Source of the DNA: the human T2T-CHM13v2.0 reference genome, Homo sapiens
Strand: one strand, 5' to 3'
Assembly (NCBI RefSeq): GCF_009914755.1
Contig: NC_060937.1
DNA: 64,000 bases
In this document: positions 55,946 to 64,000 of the stretch, one piece after another
How the letters are laid out: each line of letters opens with the position of its first letter
Numbering within the stretch: the stretch's first letter is position 1
Made by a program: the position numbers and the translations under genes
The notes under the pieces: model-generated
What the model was told of the DNA's origin: nothing
Seen by the model: the letters and a program-made list of their open reading frames with translations, nothing else
The model's database searches: none

Positions 55946-57844
55946 GTTTTCTGCCTGTAAGATAAACTGGCATGCAGTCTACACTGAGGTACGGGCTGTG
56001 TGGGCCAGCACAGCATGCCGTGGTCCTAAGCAGGGAGGTGTCCTTCCTTTCCCCTGCCTGTTGGGGCTGCGCTTCCCTGCCTCGTGTGGAGGTTGCGCCC
56101 GGTCTGCAGAAGGCAGAGAGCATCTTGTTGGGAAGAGCCCTGCCTGCCTTCCCGTTGCTGTGCTCCTGCCTCCCTGCTCTGCTCCTCTCACCCCTTCCTG
56201 GAAACTACCTAAAATACTTGGTTACTTCTTTTTTGAAGATGTATTCTCTGTCCTAGTGTTTGGGTGTTGATACAGTGGAATCCACAAAATTGAATAAGAT
56301 TTGATTTTCATTTTAAAGTGAAATAAATCATTTGGGTGCATGTTGGGTGAAAGTGCCGTAATTGATAGCATCCGTCATCAGACTTTAATTTTACCCCTGG
56401 GGTGTAGGAGTGGGTGGGATTAAGTACAAAATCTGCAGAAGCCAGGAAGTGAAAACGTACTGCTGGATTTCTGTTTTTCACATGTCCCCAACAATATGGA
56501 CCATTTGCATTAAACTTAAATAGCACCACTTATTTAAGATTCATTTTTTACTCTTGTTCTGAAATCACAAGTTCCATTTGACAGTGATAGGACAAAATTA
56601 TATTTTTAAACTTTGCAAACCACACTCCAGAGCTGTGCTAAAAATAACAATTTCTTGTGTCAAGAATAACTTTCTCAAGTCCCTGGAGGAGGCGAGCTGA
56701 CTGGTGGCAACGCAGACCACTAAAGCTTCAGTGAGCCCAGAAAGTGTGCGCTCAGTCCCACATTGCAGAGGCCTCTCCGTCAGTATTGAGATGGTGGAAA
56801 GTGAGGAGAAGCAAAAAGACGACTACTTCTTTCCCCATTTCCCGGTCTGGTCTTTTTGGGGTCTACTACGTAGAGGTGCATCAGCCAGCGCTACCATGGA
56901 GGCAGGAGGCATTCTTTTGCTCTCGTGTCAGTACTGACGGGGTTGATTAAGGTTGCTGTGCTTGTTGGTGTGGGTATTGGGAGGGTGGTGTGAAAGCAGT
57001 TGGGCTGGAATAGAGCTGGTCAGTGTGTCCTTTTGCGTGCATTTGTGTGGCCCTAGTGCTACAGTGATGTCCCTTAGCTCTGGGGGACTGTCTGAATTTT
57101 TGTGCTCTAAATTATTAATACATGTTTATGTGTGGGTTTGCCAGAATGCTGTGTCCGTTATTGTTGGCTCCTTGGACAGCTCTCCTTGTTCTGCTTCACT
57201 GGCTGTGAAATTGGTTCACGTGGTGGGCTCTGGGTCCAGCGAGATGCATCTGAGGTGTTGACCTGGTGGTGTGGGCCTGGGGCTGCCAGTGGTCCTGTTG
57301 CCTGATGAGGGAGACCGTTCCTGAAACTGTGGCGCACACTCAGGAGAGTAGGAAAGAGAGCGGAGAAAGCCTTCCGGTTCTGAGCTTGTGGCTCTTGCCA
57401 TTCCTGACTTGTTTGTTGTGCGAACCAATAATTTCCTTTTTTTGTTTAAGCCAATTTGAGTTGGGTTTACTTGCTTGTAGTGGAAAGGTTCTGACACAGG
57501 TTCTTTATTATATGAAGTATTTTCATAATGTACATTGTGTTATATATTAGACATATCACACGATCTATTTTGTGATGTAGTTTGCTTTGCTGTTTTTATT
57601 CTGTGGAAGATATTCCTGAATTTCTACACTTCCTATGAATTTGGAAGTGGGGTGAGGCAAAGTCACTAATATCGGGGTATCAGTAGGGGAGCCTTTCGAA
57701 TCCCAAACATTGGAGTGTCCTTCTGTGACCCGTTTCTTTGTCAACTTTTGTCCGCTAGGCAGAGTGGCTGTGACATCTGACATCCAGTGTGAAGGTGTGG
57801 TCACTCAGCTGGAAGAGAAAAACCTAGCACTCTGAGAGTGGGTG

Positions 57845-58350
57845 GATCTGCTGGTGATTTTCAAGCAATGTCTTCCCGTTTTTGGATGCTCATCCCTTCT
57901 GTAGTTGGAGCCTTGTTCTCTTTTCCTTGAGTACAGGTGGGGCTGATGACTCATTTCTTATGAACCGAGCACAGCCTGCCTGACTGCTGAGGCTAGCTCA
58001 TAGGATTCCTGAAGCTGCAGGCCCTGCTTTCCTTCCTGCGTGTGCCCTGGGATCACTCGCTCTGTGGAGTCCGTTGTCCGTTCTCTGAGGACTCAGGAAC
58101 TGAGGCCTCCTGCTCACAGCCACGCTGTGGAGCTGTCTTGGTAGCACCTCCTCAGTCCCTGCAAGGCCTTAGGCTGCCAGAATCCCACAGCTTCAGCTGA
58201 CATCTCAACGACCTCCCCTGAGACCCAGAGCCACATTCACCCAGCTAAGCTGCCCTGAACGCTGACACGCAGAAACTGAGATAACAGATGCTTGTTGTTT
58301 GGGCCACTGAGTTTTAGAGTGAGTTGCCTGTAGAAATGGATGAGCAGCAT
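57845..58350 (+). mobile_element. MLT1 (E/F-type) MaLR LTR
   Basis: gaactgaggcctcctgc; cccagctaagctgcc; cagaaactgagataac...gccactgagtttt. Confidence 0.65.
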
Positions 58351-59149
58351 CTGTGCCTGGAGGTGAAGGGTGGAGCCAAGTGCATGTCTGTCAGAGTCCA
58401 CTGCTATCCATCCTTTCCCTGCCTGCCTTCCTCCTACACGGTGCTGGATCCCCCAGAGGATCAGCAGCCGAGAGGCTTCTGCGAAAGAATGTGCTCCTTC
58501 AGGGCCGACTTGCATTTGTGTCTTTTTTTCTTGGAGATTTCTGTAAAACAGCAGCCGTTAGCAGTTATGTGATTACTGTGTTTAGAATTTGAGAAGAAAG
58601 GGAAAACCTTGTTTGCCATGGAATACATACTGTGTTGATAAGTCTTCCTTATTTTGAATAATGGAGAATTCTCTGTGTCTTAGCCAGCTAAGAGCTACTT
58701 ACTTTTATCATGTTGTGTTAAAATGATAAAAGTTACTCTTCGGTGACCTAACTGCTTCACTTAATGAGTTTTGATTTTGTTTTTGCAGGATGCATTTCCT
58801 CTCCTTCAGGAATAAGTTCTGTTGGGGAAATTATGAAATATGGACATGTTACCACCTCCTGCTAGATGATGGCGTATTAATAAACAGTTCCTACATTTCA
58901 GTGTTTTGCACCCCCAAAGGTTTATTATGTCAGTTATGTGTTAGCTGCAGATAAGGTGTTGCTCTGCTCCAAGTGTCTTTCTTCAGCATCCAGGCTGATA
59001 GAACAGCTCCATTTTGAGCCTTGCCATTCTCATTTAAGGAAAAAGGATAGGAGGTTGGCTGGAACACCTGAAGGCTTCCAAGGCTTCTGCTTAGAACCAG
59101 GGTGCTTTCTTTCAGCTTGGAGCTGGTGTCTGCCTCTTCTGTCATATTT

Positions 59150-59877
59150 TGTCCGGAATTGGTTCCTTCTGGTGGGTTCTTGGTCTCGCTGACTTCAAGA
59201 ATGAAGCCGCAGACCCTCGCGGCGAGTGTTACAGTTATTAAAGATGGTGTGTCTGGAGTTTGTTCCTTCAGATGTTCAGATGTGTCAGAGTTTCTTCTTT
59301 CCGGTGGGTTTGTGGTCTTGCTGACTTCAGGAGTGAAGCCGCAGACCTTCGCAGTGAGTGTTACAGCTCTTAAAGGTGGCGCATCCGGAGTTGATTCTTC
59401 CTCAGAGTAGGTTCGTGGTCTTGCTGACTTTAGGAATGAAGCTGCAGACCCTCGTGGTGAGTGTTAACAGCTTATAAAGGTAGTGAGGACCCAAAGAATG
59501 AGCAGCAGCAAGATTTATTGTGAAGAGCGAAAGAACAAAGCTTCCACAGCGTGGAAGGGGACCCAAGTGGGTTGCCGCTGCTGGCTCGGGTGGCCAGCTT
59601 TTATTCCCTTATTTGGCCTCGGCCACATCCTGCTGATTGGTCCATTTTACAGAGTGCCGATTGGTGCGTTTTTACAGAGTGCTGATTGGTGCATTTACAA
59701 ACCTTTGGCTGGACACAGAGCACTGATTGATGCATTTTTACAGAGTGCTGATTGGTGTGTTTACAGACTTTTAGCTAGACACAGAGTGCTTATTGGTGTG
59801 TTTACAATCCTTTAGCTAGACAGAAAAGTTCTCCAAGTCCCCACCCGACCCAGAAGCCCAGCTGGCTTCACCTCTCA
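59150..59877 (-). mobile_element. LTR12 (ERV9) 3' LTR
   Basis: TG...CA ends; tandem cagagtgctgattgg CCAAT repeats; gaagccgcagaccctcgc repeats; polypurine tract at 59878-59891. Confidence 0.92.
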
Positions 59878-59933
59878 ATCCGCCCTCTAAATAGGAGACT
59901 CCAACTGCTGTTGGGAATTGGGCAGTGACCGCT

Positions 59934-61735
59934 CTAGCTACTTCCTGCTGGATAGGGATGAAGAAGGGGCCCTGAAGTTGTAGTGTCCTCCAGAGGAGAA
60001 CTATTTAGGCTAGTGAAAGGGCCAGTGGGTTTGTCCAGGGGCCCTTGGTAGAAGTTGTTAGTTGAGCTCATTTGGGGTTCCATTTGTAAGACCATCTGTA
60101 GCTTGATAGCCTTGATTCTAGAGGAAACACATTTGAGGAGGTTAAAAATACAGGGCCCGAAGGCGAGTAATAGCAAGATGGCTGCCACGGGACCTAGAAA
60201 GGGGAGAAGCCATGTTGCCCAACTCCAGAGGTTCGTATAAGAGTTTGAAAGGCATTGTCTGACTTCAGAAGCCTTTTCCCGTAAACACCGGGCAGCATCT
60301 CGTACTATCCCTGACTGGTTAGTGTAAAAACAACACTCTTCCCCTAAGAAGGTGCAGAGTCCTCCTTTCTCAGCAGTGAGGAGGTCTAGGCCTCGGTGGT
60401 TTTGGAGAGTCACTGCTGCCAAAGAGTCTATTTGGGATTGTAGAGTAAGGATAGATTTCGTTATTTCTTGCAAACTGAGAAATCCTTTGAGAGTGTGTGG
60501 TAGTAGGATAATGAAGTAGATAAACTGGCTACTCCGGTTCCTGTAGCAGTAGCCATTCTTAACCCTATAAGTAGGGGTATTAGTTGTATGGCTCTGCGAT
60601 GACAGACTTGAGCTTTGAGGGGTACTGATAAAGTCTGATTTCCTGAGGCAATGTTAATGTTGGGACTTAGAAAGACTAAGGTGCAGGTGCCTGTCCAGTT
60701 GGTGGGGAGGCAGATATAGGTCGATGTTCCACATAAGAAGAATACATCTTGGCTGGGTAGACAGAACTGGTTGTGTATGTTAAAAAGGTGTGTGAGTTTG
60801 TTGTTTTCATTTTCCCATACTCCTAGAGTACTTGCCAAGGTAGCTCTGGTGAGTGGCTGGAAAGGGGTGTTGGGAGCAAACTGAGTGGCTCCCTGTGTTC
60901 TGTTTTCCCATTGGAGAAAAAACTGTTTTGTATCTACTAGGAACCATTCATTAGAGAGAGTGATTCAAAGAGGGGATGAGAAAGCATTCACTAGTGGTGG
61001 GGGCGCTGCTGCAGGGGGTCCAGGGGTGAATGGTCATGCAGGGAGTATGTTTGCCATTACAAAACCTGGACTGTTTAGGGAGGAGGTGATGATTTTGGGG
61101 GGCCCTGAGAAGTGGACAAGCCGTCCGCATGGAGCTGTTTGGGTGACTTGGAAGTTACTATGATCAGTTGGGGCTTGAAGTTGTGAGGTGTAATTACACT
61201 GATGGGGTGGTAGGTGCCCCAGGGGCAGGCCTGATAACAGGTTGCATTGGATGCATAAAGGGACATGGAAAGTTAAGATGGTATTCATAGTAACAGGGCC
61301 GTGTATGCGCTTTTCATTGCTTGTGTAATAGATGAGGTTGGAAATGTAAGAACGTAAAAGTTGGATTGCACGTCCTGTTAGGGTATTCTTGGTCTTATCA
61401 GAGATGGGGAAGTTGGCTAATGATTGCATATTTAGAAGTTGGAAAGGGTCTTTTCCTTCATAATGAGGGTGATAGGTTAAGTTGGTAGAGACCCAGGTTT
61501 TTGCAGGAATGGGAGTGGCTACGTAAGCAGAGATTGATAGATACAAAGCCAACAGTCATTTGTGAGGGAAGGATTGGACTGGTTTAACAGAGAGTGGGTT
61601 GAGAGTCTTGTAGAGGTATTTAGGAGCTAGTGGAAGGGGAGGGGTGATTGTATGAGGTATCCAAGGAAGCAGGAGGGATAGATAGTCAAAGAGTAAATAG
61701 GAAGGTAAAGAGGGTGCTCTGGAAGACGAGATCAT
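59934..61735 (-). pseudogene. HERV9-family env, frameshifted
   Basis: ATG at 61735 (MISSSRAPSLP..); RRAIQLIPLLIG fusion peptide; LQNHRGLDLLTAEKGGLC ISD and CX6CC; split across at least 4 ORF pieces. Confidence 0.9.
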
Positions 61736-61965
61736 TTTATCCAGGCTGAGTTAAAGGTAGGAGTAAATTGCTGTCAGAAGGAAGGAAGATAGAAAGAAGG
61801 TTGATAAGATTAGGATTTTCGTCCTAGCAGGAGCTGTAGTATATAGCCCTATCACAAAGAGTATGGTTAGTATGCTGCTTAATCGTATGATGAAATAGTA
61901 AAAGGATTCCATTAAAGGGTTAAGGAGAGGTGTTAAAGATTATGTAGGTTTTCACTTATCTTTTT

Positions 61966-64000
61966 TAAGGAGGAAGGGGTTTTTCTTCAGGATCAGTGGT
62001 AGGAGCCTTTTTAGTCTGGGATATTTCCTTCCAAAACAGGAGATGCAAGTCCTCCAGTGGTTCGCAGGTGTATCAAGGCTGGTCTGGCTGATCTTGGGAC
62101 TCCTGAGCTGATGGTCCTGCAGGTTTCTCAGCGGGTGTCCAAAATTTAACTCGGGTGTGGTGAATCCAAGATTCCACTCCTGCCACCTTAACTGCAGTGG
62201 GGGTAGAGAGGATTACCGAGTGTGGTCCTTCCTACAAAGAGCCCATGGATGGGGAGGTAGAGGGGAGAGATTTGACCAACACTAGATCTCCTGGTTGAAA
62301 CAACTCTGTTCCCTTTTCTCTGTGACATCCTTCAGGTAGGATTTTAAGGTTTTGTTGATATTTTGCCAAAGAAGTTATATCTTTGACGAAGTTGGCCGTT
62401 TCCTGATGAAGTAGGACGTCATTTGTGAGAAAAGGTCGTCCATACAGCATTTCATATGGACTGAGCCCCATTTTGTGAGGAGAATTTTGGATTCTCAACA
62501 AGGCCATGGGCAAAAGAGTAGGCTATGGGAGATGAGTTTCTTGTGTTAGTTTCCTTTAGTGCCTCTTGAGTGTTTTGTTTGCCTTCTCGACCTTCCCTGA
62601 GGATTGTGGCCTCCAGGCGCAGTGAAGGTGATATTGTATCCCTAGCGCCCTGGAAATTCCCTGAGTTACCACGGCTTTAAAAGCTGGACCATTGTCGCTC
62701 TGTAAGCTTTGGAGAAGCCCAAATCTAGGAATTATTTCATGAATTAGGACTTTAATCACTTCCTGAGCCTTCTCTGTCTTGCGAGGGAAAGCCTTTATCC
62801 AATTTGTAGAGGTATCAACACACACCAATAATTATTGAAATCCCTTCGACTTAGGCATATGGGTGAAGTCTAAATGCCAGTCCTCTCCGGGCTAGTGACC
62901 TATTCTTTGTTCCCTTAGAGGGGACTTATGGTGGACCAAGGGATTATTCCTTTGGCACACCTCACAGACTTTGACTACCTGTCAGATGGTCCGGAGGAGA
63001 TTTGGCCCTGTAAATAGGGATTTGGCCATTTGATGAGTGTTTTCAATACCCATATGAAAAGTTTGTTGGAGGGTTTTAAGTATTTTCCACTGGATGGCTT
63101 TGGGTATAAGTACCTTTCCTCCTTCTGTCATTAACCACCCCGAGGGGAGACAACTATGCCCCCGTGAAAGTCCCCATTCTGTTTCAGTTGGGGAATACTG
63201 GGGCTTAATCTCTTGGAGGGGGTTGTTCCATACCAAGGGTCCTTCCGTAGGTATTTCTAATGGGAGGTTCCTCCTGGCAGCAATTTTGGCCTCAGCATCT
63301 GCCCTGCGGTTTCCTTCTGCCTTTTCTCCTTCACTTCCTTCTGCCTTTTCTCCTTACACTTTGGCAGTGTAAGACTGCCACCTCCTTGGGTTTTTGCACT
63401 GCGTGCAATGACTCCATAATTTCCTTGTGGTATTTAATGGGGGTTCCCTCAGAGGTTAGGAACTCCCTTTCTTTCCATATTGCAGCATGGGCATGTAGGA
63501 TTAGATAAGCGTACTTGCTATCTGTATACACATTTATTCTTTTTCCCTTTCCCAATTCCAAGTCTCGGTTAAGTGCCACTAGTTCTTCTAACTGGGCACT
63601 GGTCCCTGGGGGAAGAGGCTTGCTTTCAAGTGTCGTTACATCACTAACTATGGCATAACCTGCCCTTTGTATTCCATTGTCCACCAATGAACTTCCATTG
63701 GTATACAGGTTAAGGTCAGGATTAGTTAAGGGGACTTCCAAGAGATCATCTCGGGCAGCATAAGTCTGGACTATAATTTGTTGGCAGTCATGCTCGATTG
63801 GTTCGCCATCCTCTGGGAGAAAAGTGGCAGGGTTGAGGGCCACGCATGTACATATTTGAAGCACTGGTCCCTCAAGGAGTAGTGCCTGGTATCTGAGTAG
63901 GCGGTTGTCTGATAGCCATAAACTTCCTTTGGCACCTAGTATGCCATTTACATCATGAGTAGTCCAGACAGTGAGATCCTTTCCTTGTGTTATTTTGATA
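61966..64000 (-). pseudogene. HERV9-family pol (connection, RNase H, integrase), disrupted; continues beyond the window
   Basis: LNPATFLP, YTDSKYAY (RNase H), SDNGPAF and WRPQSSGKVEKAN (integrase), with stops and frameshifts. Confidence 0.92.

Noticed and set aside
55636-56270. HTHTHT / CVCVCV ORFs
   Set aside because: Translation of the (GT)n microsatellite

Overview
Eukaryotic (human) genomic DNA, almost entirely intronic. A CpG island at ~23.1-24.2 kb contains an 87-nt GT-AG exon encoding VYPEPRSESECLSNIREFLRGCGASLRLE, which I recognise as the calponin-homology (CH) domain of ARHGEF7 (beta-PIX, + strand), so the window covers parts of its first introns. A second in-frame 63-nt exon (LLFPPSQPPQHLVTTILLSAS, 28953-29015) lies inside an antisense LINE-1 3' end. 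The rest is mostly interspersed repeats: a 5'-inverted L1PA, several Alus including an AluYa5, a 2.6-kb Tigger-type transposon with MER82-like ends, MaLR LTRs, a SALL4 processed pseudogene, and the 3' part of an antisense HERV9/LTR12 provirus (pol, env, 3' LTR). The least explained signal is a run of minus-strand splice-site pairs at 14.2-17 kb that may be an antisense transcript or a decayed nested gene. There are no prokaryotic systems, CRISPR arrays, tRNAs or rRNAs. Repeat family names and gene identities come from recall of consensus sequences, not from a database search, and old-repeat boundaries are approximate.
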